Of a stretch of 64,000 bases of DNA, positions 1-12,420 are shown piece after piece. Every line of letters starts with the position of its first letter. Position 1 is the stretch's first letter. Made by a program: the position numbers and the translations under genes. Source of the stretch: an uncultured Acidimicrobiaceae bacterium. GTDB taxonomy: Bacteria > Actinomycetota > Acidimicrobiia > Acidimicrobiales > RAAP-2. The stretch is taken from NCBI GenBank assembly GCA_963812965.1, contig CAWEXG010000004.1, positions 79,702 to 143,701 on the forward strand, given 5' to 3'. Under the pieces are notes generated by a model, which saw nothing but the letters and a program-made list of their open reading frames with translations, was not told where the DNA came from and made no database searches.

Positions 1-2753
<2,753 letters not shown>

Positions 2754-2858
2754 GGCCAGGGTCGGGCAGTTCAGGCAGCGTCCCAGATCTCAAGCGCGCC
2801 AGGAGTCCTGATCGCACCATCCGCGCTCTGGGGCACGCGCCCGAGAGGAAGGAACACC

Positions 2859-4424
2859 ATGGGTAGGGTGCTCGTCACCGAGAAGTTGGCCCAACGAGGC
2901 CTCGATCTGCTGGCCGATGCCGGCCACGAGGTGGACGTGCAGCTCGGACTGTCGCCCGAGGAGCTGGTCGCCGCCATCGCCGGCGCCAACGCCCTGATCA
3001 TCCGTTCGGCCACCACGGTCACCCCCGAGGTGCTGGCCGCCGGGACCGACCTGGTCGTGGTGGGACGAGCCGGCATCGGGCTCGACAACGTGGACGTCGC
3101 CGCGGCCACCGACCGCGGTGTCATGGTGGTGAACGCTCCCCAGTCGAACATCCTGTCCGCTGCCGAGCAGGCCATGGCCCTGCTGTTGGCCCAGGCTCGC
3201 AACATCCCCCAGGCCCACGCCGCCCTGGTGGCCGGGAAGTGGGAGCGTTCCAAGTGGGAGGGCGTGGAGCTGCACGGGAAGACGCTCGGCGTGGTCGGCC
3301 TGGGCAGGGTCGGAGCGCTCGTGGCCCAGCGGGCGCTGGCCTTCGGGATGCGCCTCGTCGCCTACGACCCCTTCGTCTCGGCCGACCGGGCCAGGCACAT
3401 GGGGGTGGAGCTCATGGGTATCGAGGAGCTGGTGGCCGAGTCGGACTTCGTCACCATCCACCTGCCGAAGAAGCCGGAGACCCTCGGCCTCTTCGGACGT
3501 GACCTGCTGGCCAAGGCCAAGCCGGGACTGCGCATCATCAACACCGCCCGGGGCGGGATCGTCGACGAGGACGCGCTGGCCGAGGCCATCAAGGACGGCC
3601 AGGTGCAAGGCGCAGGGCTCGACGTGTTCGCCAAGGAGCCGACCACGGAGTCGCCGCTCTTCGAGCTGCCGTCGGTGGTGGTGGCCCCCCACCTCGGCGC
3701 GTCGACGGCCGAGGCCCAGGACAAGGCGGGCGTGACCATCGCCGAGCAGGTCATCCTGGCCCTCAACGGCGACTTCGTCCCCTACGCCGTCAACGTGTCG
3801 GCCACCGATGTGTCCGAGACGGTGCGACCGTTCATGGGGCTGGCCGAGCAGTTGGGCCGGATCTTCGCCTGCCTCAACGACGGGCTGCCCGATGCCCTGG
3901 ACATCGAGTACCAAGGCGGCCTGGCCGGAGCCGGGACCGGGATCCTCACCCTCTCCGTCTTGAAGGGCATCTTCGCTGCTGGGACCGAGGAGCCGGTGTC
4001 GTACGTGAACGCACCGCAGCTGGCTGCTGAGCGAGGGCTGGTGATCCGGGAGACGTCGACGGTCACCGCCCACGACTACGTCAACCTCGTCACCTTGCGG
4101 GGCGGTGACCACTCGGTGGCTGGAACGCTCACTGGCCCCCGTACCGAACCTCGGTTGGTGATGGTGGACGATCACACGGTCGAGGTGCCACCCGCTCCCA
4201 ACATGTTGGTGGTTCGCAACGACGACCGTGCCGGGATGATCGGTTTGGTCGGCACCGTGCTCGGGGAGGCCGATGTGTCCATCTCGTCGATGGCGGTCGG
4301 CCCGTCTGCCACCGGCAACACAGCGCTGATGGTGTTCTCGACGGACCGCCTGGCGCCCGACGACGTCCTCAGCCGACTACGTGCCGCCCCCGGCATCAGC
4401 GACGTTCACACCATCCAGCTGTAG
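2859..4424 (+). CDS. serA: D-3-phosphoglycerate dehydrogenase (long form with C-terminal regulatory domains)
   Basis: Intact 521-aa ORF. It has the NAD-binding GVVGLGRVG motif and a D-2-hydroxyacid dehydrogenase core, and its length fits the long actinobacterial SerA with an ASB/ACT-like C-terminus. RBS GAGGAAGG lies upstream of the ATG. Confidence 0.9.
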   Translation: MGRVLVTEKLAQRGLDLLADAGHEVDVQLGLSPEELVAAIAGANALIIRSATTVTPEVLAAGTDLVVVGRAGIGLDNVDVAAATDRGVMVVNAPQSNILSAAEQAMALLLAQARNIPQAHAALVAGKWERSKWEGVELHGKTLGVVGLGRVGALVAQRALAFGMRLVAYDPFVSADRARHMGVELMGIEELVAESDFVTIHLPKKPETLGLFGRDLLAKAKPGLRIINTARGGIVDEDALAEAIKDGQVQGAGLDVFAKEPTTESPLFELPSVVVAPHLGASTAEAQDKAGVTIAEQVILALNGDFVPYAVNVSATDVSETVRPFMGLAEQLGRIFACLNDGLPDALDIEYQGGLAGAGTGILTLSVLKGIFAAGTEEPVSYVNAPQLAAERGLVIRETSTVTAHDYVNLVTLRGGDHSVAGTLTGPRTEPRLVMVDDHTVEVPPAPNMLVVRNDDRAGMIGLVGTVLGEADVSISSMAVGPSATGNTALMVFSTDRLAPDDVLSRLRAAPGISDVHTIQL

Positions 4425-5699
4425 ATCGAGCACCCGGAGGCACCGTGAGGCCCGGTCGGCGATCAGGTCGACGAGCCTGCCTGGCAGAGGCCGATCGAGC
4501 ATCTTGACGTCCGGCACGTTGGCTGCCTCGGCAAACGCGTCGGCAACGACGGAGGCCAGCTCGCGTACCCGGGCCGCCAGCCGGTCGGGGTCGATGCCGA
4601 GGTCCCGGGCCGCCGCCGGCCAGGTGTTGCGCTGAGGGAAGACCCGATAGTCACCGCCGATCTTCATGGCGAGCCGGAGCTTCTTCTCGTGGGTACCGTA
4701 CGGCAGTGCCGAGGCCACGTCATACAGAGGGGCAAGGCGAGCCTGCTTGTCGGCGAGCAGGACTGAATAGTTCTTGGCGTGGGCGTCTGTGCCACCGATG
4801 AGCCAGTTCCAGATCAGGGCATCAGCGAACTGCCAGATGGCGGAGTCGGCGATCCGAGGTGGCAAGGCTCGTCGCAGAAGCCCGGCGATGTCCGAGGGGG
4901 TCGGGCCACCTTCGTTCTGGTACTTGCGAGACGGGGGGACTCCCAGGGCCTGACACATATCCTCCTGATGCACCCGCACGATCCGGTCGGTCCGCAGGAT
5001 CCGGTCATAACGGTCGACGACCACGGCCGATTCGTCCCCGAACCGCGCCACTCTGGTACGGACGGCGAGGAGTCCGGCACGTCGAGCCGCATCGAGACAC
5101 AGGTGCTCGTTGAGATCGTGATCGTCGAAGCCAGATACCGCTGGCTTGAGGATGTGGGTGGTGGGGATCGATCCGGATGGAACGCCCCATCGACCGTCTT
5201 GGAGGAGCAGTGCTGTCTTCGCCTGGGCCCCGGCCAGGCTGAACTGACCGGTAAAGGAACGTCCCAGCCATGCCGTGGAGTCCTCCCGCAGATCACGTAA
5301 GCGCTGGGCGACCTCGTCATCGGTCAGCCATCGGACGTCGCCGGTTCGGGTGAGGACGCGGTCGAGCTGATCCGGTGGTGTGAAACGCACGGCTCCGGCG
5401 CAGTCCTCGCCGATCGGTGAGGCAAGGAGCGTGAACGGTGATGAGGCAGAGACGTGGAACTCTCGCGCCCAACGGCTAAGAACAGCCTCGTTGTCCGGCA
5501 GAAGACCCCAGAGCCACGGGGTGATGACGTGGTCGAGATGTGACGGAACCTGGGTAGGCATGGACAGTGACAGCGGCGTCGGATTCGAGTGCTTTCGGTA
5601 GTTGTCGTCGTACTCGAAGCGCAGCCGTTCTCCGCGGGGAGCGCGCGTAATGGTCCCAGCGACGGTGTCGCCGAGAAGGACGATGAGCGTGTCGGTCAT
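4377..5699 (-). CDS. hipA: HipA-family serine/threonine kinase toxin (full-length, 440 aa)
   Basis: Intact ORF with the HipA N-terminal coupling region, P-loop-like SLAGAQAKTALL and catalytic-loop GGTDAHAKNYSVLL. Its start overlaps the hipB stop (ATGA at 5696-5699). Its last 16 codons overlap the serA 3' end. Confidence 0.85.
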   Translation of the reverse strand: MTDTLIVLLGDTVAGTITRAPRGERLRFEYDDNYRKHSNPTPLSLSMPTQVPSHLDHVITPWLWGLLPDNEAVLSRWAREFHVSASSPFTLLASPIGEDCAGAVRFTPPDQLDRVLTRTGDVRWLTDDEVAQRLRDLREDSTAWLGRSFTGQFSLAGAQAKTALLLQDGRWGVPSGSIPTTHILKPAVSGFDDHDLNEHLCLDAARRAGLLAVRTRVARFGDESAVVVDRYDRILRTDRIVRVHQEDMCQALGVPPSRKYQNEGGPTPSDIAGLLRRALPPRIADSAIWQFADALIWNWLIGGTDAHAKNYSVLLADKQARLAPLYDVASALPYGTHEKKLRLAMKIGGDYRVFPQRNTWPAAARDLGIDPDRLAARVRELASVVADAFAEAANVPDVKMLDRPLPGRLVDLIADRASRCLRVLDLQLDGVNVADAGGGT

Positions 5700-5977
5700 C
5701 GGTCCCGGTACTCTTCCAGGAGGGCGTCAAGGTCGACCAACGCCGTGACGGAATCTCCACCGTCCGCATCGATGATTTCGAGTTGCATGGAGAGGTCCAG
5801 AGCATCCAGGAGGCGGATGATCAAGCCGAGTTCGGCGGTCGGCTTACCGGTCTCGATCTTGCTCAGCCAAGGTCGCGAGACGCCGGCCCGGACTGCCAGG
5901 TCGGCCTGACTCAGGCCCAGACTGATTCGGCGCCCCCGGACTACGGCGGCCAGGTCCTGAACAGAGATGATTCTCAT
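5696..5977 (-). CDS. hipB: HipB-type XRE-family HTH antitoxin/repressor
   Basis: 93-aa ORF. GLSQADLAVRAGVSRPWLSKIETGK is a Cro/C1-type HTH. It is translationally coupled to hipA. Confidence 0.85.
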   Translation of the reverse strand: MRIISVQDLAAVVRGRRISLGLSQADLAVRAGVSRPWLSKIETGKPTAELGLIIRLLDALDLSMQLEIIDADGGDSVTALVDLDALLEEYRDR

Positions 5978-6012
5978 GGCGCCCTTTCCTACGTATGCCG
6001 ACCCAGCTTTTC

Positions 6013-6111
6013 TGTAGCCGTACGGCTACAAGTATATCATGTAGCCGTACGGTTACAAGTGATTCCTGTAGCCATACGTTTACAAAAACACGATGTAAAC
6101 GAACGGCTACA
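6013..6111 (-). promoter_or_regulatory. Four phased 18-bp palindromic operators with an embedded promoter upstream of hipB
   Basis: Sites: TGTAGCCGTACGGCTACA (6013-6030, perfect palindrome), TGTAGCCGTACGGTTACA (6040-6057), TGTAGCCATACGTTTACA (6067-6084), TGTAAACGAACGGCTACA (6094-6111). Start-to-start spacing is exactly 27 bp. On the hipB sense strand, TTGTAA (6058-6053), 16 nt, then TATACT (6036-6031) looks like a -35/-10 pair. A GGAAAGGG RBS precedes the ATG at 5977. Confidence 0.75.
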
Positions 6112-6288
6112 AGCACCGAGCGACGACTCGGGTGGGAGCCCAGCCAGAGGCGGGTCGATGCCCGGTTAACAGGCCGGTTTGGTCCTACAAGAGGCCAACG
6201 ACGTCGTCGCCAGGTCGGGATCGTTCAGGCCGCGAACAGATCGGCGATGGTCCTCGGCGGTGAGGGCTTTGGCGAGGAGCCCTTGTCG

Positions 6289-6447
6289 TCAGCCGGGTGC
6301 GACAGGTACGGGCGGCCAGGTGTCGCCGCCGATCCCGGGGAACAGCCCGGAGTCGTTCCCGGTCACACCGTTCCGGCTGCTGATCACCTTGGCCACCACC
6401 CCTACGCCGACAGCAACGAGCGCGAGGAACGCGAACTTCTTCACCAT
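6289..6447 (-). CDS. Possible 52-aa small membrane peptide (below the ORF-track size cutoff)
   Basis: Hand translation gives MVKKFAFLALVAVGVGVVAKVISSRNGVTGNDSGLFPGIGGDTWPPVPVAPG-stop. It has one N-terminal TM-like helix and is followed by a weak hairpin (AGGGCT..AGCCCT at about 6262-6282). There is no homology evidence. Confidence 0.3.
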   Translation of the reverse strand: MVKKFAFLALVAVGVGVVAKVISSRNGVTGNDSGLFPGIGGDTWPPVPVAPG

Positions 6448-6456
6448 CACCACACC

Positions 6457-6819
6457 CTACGACGATCGGCGACCATCTCGGGCCTGATTGGTTGTTGCCG
6501 GGCCGTGGTCAACGAGCAAGCCCACTGCTTCGACCACTTGTGTGGCAATGGCGACCATAACCGTCGCCTCGGCCGAGTCAACTGCTGGTAGGTCAGCTGC
6601 ATACCGGCCGTTGACGACCCAGGGATCCAAAGTATCAAGGTCGTCTTCATCCAAACCCGGTCGAGCGGCGTCGGGATACGAAGCGAGAAGCCTGGTGAGG
6701 CCGTGAATCTTCGGGAACTGCTGGTTTGTCGAGATCAGACCCGCCTTGAGCGCCTTCTCTGCGGCCTGTTGCGAGAGAAAGCACGCGATTCGGGGCGTAA
6801 CGTCCTCCATGCCAAGCAT
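6457..6819 (-). CDS. HEPN-domain toxin of an MNT/HEPN pair (N-terminus probably extends to about 6902 across a frame break)
   Basis: ACFLSQQAAEKALKAGL..HGLTRLL..VNGRYA matches the HEPN fold pattern. The first helix (ANRWYRLAQEDLAAARAML) continues upstream of the first ATG, with no start codon, up to the MNT stop. An ATG at 6902 (MSGNPLPDSHQP) is one frame off. Confidence 0.7.
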   Translation of the reverse strand: MLGMEDVTPRIACFLSQQAAEKALKAGLISTNQQFPKIHGLTRLLASYPDAARPGLDEDDLDTLDPWVVNGRYAADLPAVDSAEATVMVAIATQVVEAVGLLVDHGPATTNQARDGRRSS

Positions 6820-6879
6820 GGCACGAGCCGCGGCCAGATCTTCCTGTGCGAGGCGGTACCAGCGGTTGGCTGGTGAGAG

Positions 6880-7263
6880 TCAGGCAGCGGATTGCCGCTC
6901 ATAGACGACAACATCATGATTGGCGGGTTCGTACTCGGTCGTCCCGATCACCGACCGGTTTCGCTCAAAGTCTGCAGTGCTCGTAACGAGCAGATCCCTT
7001 GGGATGTCGAGATCTCGGGTGGAGCGTCGTAGCGCCACCATTAGCTCGCGCCGCCGATCGGGAGGGGCCTCGTCCAATACCACGAGCAGATCCAGGTCGG
7101 AATCGGGTCCGTCGGTGCCGTCGGCAACCGACCCGAACAGGATCACCTTGGTGGGCTGAAACCGTTCGACGATCAGCGCGGTGACGTCGTCTACCCACTC
7201 GCGAAGAGGCCGGCCGCCCCACGACGACTTGCCATTTCGCACCTCGTAGGTCAACGCCTGCAC
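6880..7263 (-). CDS. Minimal nucleotidyltransferase (MNT) antitoxin
   Basis: 127-aa ORF with the LFGSVADGTDGPDSDLDLLVV (GS-X9-DxD) polymerase-beta-type nucleotidyltransferase motif, immediately upstream of the HEPN gene. Confidence 0.8.
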   Translation of the reverse strand: MQALTYEVRNGKSSWGGRPLREWVDDVTALIVERFQPTKVILFGSVADGTDGPDSDLDLLVVLDEAPPDRRRELMVALRRSTRDLDIPRDLLVTSTADFERNRSVIGTTEYEPANHDVVVYERQSAA

Positions 7264-7498
7264 CCCTCTATGATGCCTTACCAGGGACGGGAGGCGTGAT
7301 TTATACCGCTAGTGCGGGTGTCTACAACGATGCGCATGACACTCTCCGGGTTTTTCTCATTACAATTTTCTGACTGAATAGCGTTACATTCTCCCGGTTG
7401 ACGTAGCGTCGCTGAGGGGTGTTCGCATCCGCCGCGGAGATGGACAATTTCGTCATTGCCCACGCTGGCGGCCACGCAGGTCAGTCGGTTCGAGCGGG

Positions 7499-9625
7499 CT
7501 ACTCGGGTGCCAGGTCGCTCTTCGTGGTGGCGGTCTTCTGGTGCAGGGAGGCGGGCCACCAGAAGTGCCATCCTCGGAGCGCGGCCAACGTCGGCACGAT
7601 CCGTGTCGACAGGATGTTGGCGGCCAACAACACACCCAGCGCCACGGCGAGGCCGATCTCCTCGAGCAGCTGGATCCCCGTCAGCAGCAACGAGGCGAAC
7701 GTGCCGGCCAGGACGAGGGCAGCAGCCGATACGGCAGGAGCACCGTGCACGACGGCAAGACGTGCGGCCTCTCTCGGTGGTTCACCAGCGTTGAACTCCT
7801 CACGCAGGCGCGACGCGATCAGGATGTTGTAGTCGGTTCCGATCGCCATGACGAAGAGGTAGACGATGATCGGGATCGTGAAGTCGAGCCCTACGAACCC
7901 GAAGCCCTTCAGGAAAACCAGCACGATGATGCCCAAGGTGGCTGCGTAGGTGACGACGACCCCGACCAGGAGGTACAGCGGTGCCACGATCGCCCGGAGC
8001 AACAGGGCCAAGATGACGGCCACGATGCCCAATGCCAGCGGGAAGACATGGTCCATGTCGTGGCGTAGCGCGGTGCGTACGTCGACCAACTGTGATGTCG
8101 TGCCCCCGACGACCACATTGGCGCCGGGGACGGAGTTGTCCGCCGCTGTTCGGATCGGTCCGGCAACGGTGTCGATGGCGGTGATCGAGTAGGGGTCGTA
8201 CTTCAGCGCCACCTGGATCATGGCAGCGTCACCGCTTGGCGCGTACTGGGTCGGCAGGACACCGGCGACGCCGGTGGTCTTGGCGAGCTTGGCCGAGAGC
8301 GCGTTGACGTCTGCCTGGTTCAACGGTGACGGTGCGGTGACGAACACCTGGGTCGGTCCGAGGTAGCCGGGGGGGAACGCCGAGGCCATGGTGTTGAAGG
8401 CCTGCTGGGACGGCGTGGAAGCCGGGAGCTCGGCGAGCTGGTTGTACGTGGTTTGGTAGCCCAGGATCCCGAACGCCAGGCCGACCAGGATCCCGCCGTA
8501 GACGAACAGCACAACGGCCGGCCGCTTGGCGACCATGGCGCCGATCCGTTCGGACCGTGTTCGGTGCCCCGGGACAGGTGGTTTCGGGTACGACGGCCAG
8601 AAGAGCCGTCGATCGAGAAGGCTCATGATGGCAGGAACGAGGGTGAGGGCGGCCGCCAACATGAGCGCCACACCCACGATCAGCCCGGGCGCCAGGGTCC
8701 TGAGCGATTCGAGGCTGGCGACCAGCAGCGCTGCGAACGCCGCCATCACGGTCGCTGCTGCCGACGCGATGACCTCACCGACACGGATGATGGAGAAGCG
8801 AAGGCTGTCTGCCGGTTCGTCGCCTTTCGAGATCCGTTCCCGGTGTCGGAACAGGAGGAACACGATGTAGTCGGTGCCGACGCCGAACATCACCACGACG
8901 AGCAGGGGGGCGAGCTCGGGTCCGACCACGAAGCCGAACCAGTCTGCGAGGCACGCCGTGATGGACTGCGCGATCTGGTGCACCACCCCGATGACGAGGA
9001 TGGGAAGCACGGCGATCGCCGGGCTGCGGAACACGAACCCGAGGAGGAGAAGGATCAGTAGGACCGTGGCGATGGCGATGATCTTCTCGGCGTTGGCAAA
9101 GGCGGTCGTGCTGTCGACGCTGATGGCAGCATTGCCCGTGAGCCCACCTCGGAGACCGGAGTTGGCAAGGAAGGCGTTGGTCCGGTCTCGCACCACGGGG
9201 ACGGCGGCGTTCGGTCCCGTGCCTCCCGCTTGGCCGGAGAAGACGACCTGGATCAGCTGCACCTTCTGGTTCTCCGACAGATATGCCAGTGAGGTCGTGA
9301 CCGACGTGACGGACGGGATGTGGTCGTTGGTGAGTGATGCGGCGAGTGCACTGACTTGCTGTTGGTCTGCTGCTGTCAGCACGCCCCCGTTCACACGGCT
9401 CACGACGATGGAGCCGCTGGCGCCGGCTACGACCGGAAAGTCCCGCTGCGCGACCTGCTGAGCCTGAACGGACTGATAGGAGCTTGGAAGAAACGACGAG
9501 TTGTTGTTGGAGGTGAATGTGGCGAGCTTCGGTGAGAGGGTGATCACGACGACGGCGAACGCTGCCCACACGATGATCACCCGCCACGGATGTGCAACGA
9601 CGGACTTCGCTAGTTTCTGGAACAT
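7499..9625 (-). CDS. MMPL-family (RND superfamily) membrane transporter
   Basis: Intact 708-aa ORF with two TM bundles, each carrying the MMPL signature (GVGTDYIVFLLFRHRE and AIGTDYNILIASRLREE), separated by soluble loops. Confidence 0.85.
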   Translation of the reverse strand: MFQKLAKSVVAHPWRVIIVWAAFAVVVITLSPKLATFTSNNNSSFLPSSYQSVQAQQVAQRDFPVVAGASGSIVVSRVNGGVLTAADQQQVSALAASLTNDHIPSVTSVTTSLAYLSENQKVQLIQVVFSGQAGGTGPNAAVPVVRDRTNAFLANSGLRGGLTGNAAISVDSTTAFANAEKIIAIATVLLILLLLGFVFRSPAIAVLPILVIGVVHQIAQSITACLADWFGFVVGPELAPLLVVVMFGVGTDYIVFLLFRHRERISKGDEPADSLRFSIIRVGEVIASAAATVMAAFAALLVASLESLRTLAPGLIVGVALMLAAALTLVPAIMSLLDRRLFWPSYPKPPVPGHRTRSERIGAMVAKRPAVVLFVYGGILVGLAFGILGYQTTYNQLAELPASTPSQQAFNTMASAFPPGYLGPTQVFVTAPSPLNQADVNALSAKLAKTTGVAGVLPTQYAPSGDAAMIQVALKYDPYSITAIDTVAGPIRTAADNSVPGANVVVGGTTSQLVDVRTALRHDMDHVFPLALGIVAVILALLLRAIVAPLYLLVGVVVTYAATLGIIVLVFLKGFGFVGLDFTIPIIVYLFVMAIGTDYNILIASRLREEFNAGEPPREAARLAVVHGAPAVSAAALVLAGTFASLLLTGIQLLEEIGLAVALGVLLAANILSTRIVPTLAALRGWHFWWPASLHQKTATTKSDLAPE

Positions 9626-9840
9626 CGCTCAGTACCCTGGCCCTTCGTTGCCGTGATCCGTGTCAGGGAGCTCACGATTGACCGTTGTTTGCCGGCGACT
9701 ATAGCCCGCTGTCCACGGCGATCCAGGGTATCGACGTGTGTTGACGTCGAGAGCTGTGGGTGGAGTATCTCCTGGTCGGAGGGGTGGCAGTGCGACGATC
9801 GGGTCGAGGTGGACCGCCTCGGCGACCCTGGGGAGTCAGG

Positions 9841-10433
9841 TCAGCGGGTGACCGGGAGCCAGGAGGCGCGCTGTTCCTCGTACGTGTCGATCTCGTCGAC
9901 GTAACGCAGGGTCAAGCCGATGTCGTCCCAGCCGTTGACCAACCGTTCACGGGTGAAGTCGTCGAGCGGGAACTCGGCCTCGATCCCTGCCGCCGGGGCG
10001 TCGACGGTGCACCGCTGCACGTCGATGGTGATCTCGAGTGACGGATCGGCCATCACCGCGTCGAGCAGTGCACGGCCGACCTCTGGGGTGACCTGGACGG
10101 GTACCAGGCCGGACTTCGTGCAGTTGTTCCGGAAGATGTCGGCGAACCGCGGCGAGATCACCGCCTGAAAGCCGTAGTCCTGGAGCGCCCACACCGCGTG
10201 CTCCCGGGACGATCCGGTTCCGAAGTTGTTCCCGGCCACCAGGATGTTGGCTCCGGCGTACTCCTCCTTGTTCAGAACGAAGTCGCGGTCGTCCCGCCAC
10301 TCGCCGAACAGGCCGGCGCCGAACCCGGTCCGCTCCACCCGCTTCAGCCAGTCGGACGGGATGATCTGATCGGTGTCGACGTCGGAGCGGTCCAGGGGGA
10401 CAGCCGTACCGGTGACGACCTGTACTGCTTCCA

Positions 10434-10434
<1 letters not shown>
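9841..10434 (-). CDS. leuD: 3-isopropylmalate dehydratase small subunit
   Basis: 197-aa ORF with DTDQIIP..GNNFGTGSSREHAVWAL. It abuts leuC. Confidence 0.92.
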
Positions 10435-11846
<1,412 letters not shown>

Positions 11847-11852
11847 CTGGAT

Positions 11853-12341
11853 TCAGTTCCCTACCTTGACGATCTCGACACGTAGATTGCCGCCGGGGGC
11901 GGCGTACTCGACCACGTCGTTGACCACCCGGCCGAGGAGGGCCTGGCCCAAGGGTGATCCCGGGGAGACCACGGTGAGGCCCCCCTGGCGCTCCTCGATC
12001 GATCCCACGAAGAAGTCCTGGGTGTCGTCCTCGTCGTCTCCCTCGTAGCGAAGGGTGACCACGGTGCCGGGTCCGACCGTACCGTCGGACGGCGTCGTGT
12101 CGTTGTCCACCACCTGAGCGTCCTTGAGCAGAGCCTGGAGCTGACGAACCCGGGACTCCATCTTTCCCTGGGAGTCCTTTGCCGCGTGGTAGTCCCCGTT
12201 CTCGGACAGGTCGCCCAGCGCTCGGGCCGACTCGATGGCGGCGGCGATCTCCACCCGACCCCGGGTGGTCAGGTCTTCGAGCTCGGCCTGGAGCCGGTCG
12301 TAGGTATCACGCGTCAACTGGGTGGCAGAGGTATCGCTCAC
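11853..12341 (-). CDS. greA: Transcription elongation factor GreA
   Basis: 162-aa ORF with a coiled-coil N-terminus containing GDLSENGDYHAAK and a GreA C-terminal globular domain. Confidence 0.92.
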   Translation of the reverse strand: MSDTSATQLTRDTYDRLQAELEDLTTRGRVEIAAAIESARALGDLSENGDYHAAKDSQGKMESRVRQLQALLKDAQVVDNDTTPSDGTVGPGTVVTLRYEGDDEDDTQDFFVGSIEERQGGLTVVSPGSPLGQALLGRVVNDVVEYAAPGGNLRVEIVKVGN

Positions 12342-12420
12342 GGCTCACCAGGTTAATCGGCGTTACCGGTCACCCCGATTGGCCGACCCCTTGTTCTCGG
12401 TCGGCACAGGCGGTCTCGGC

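Noticed and set aside
6013-6111. The regularly spaced 18-mers as a mini CRISPR array.
   Set aside because: There are only four units. The 9-bp spacers are far too short, the units are palindromic and degenerate, and they overlap a promoter directly upstream of an HTH repressor gene.
5995-6591. The 198-aa plus-strand ORF spanning the hipB operator region.
   Set aside because: It runs through the operator/promoter array and the antisense of the small ORF and the HEPN 3' end. Its translation has no motifs and biased composition.
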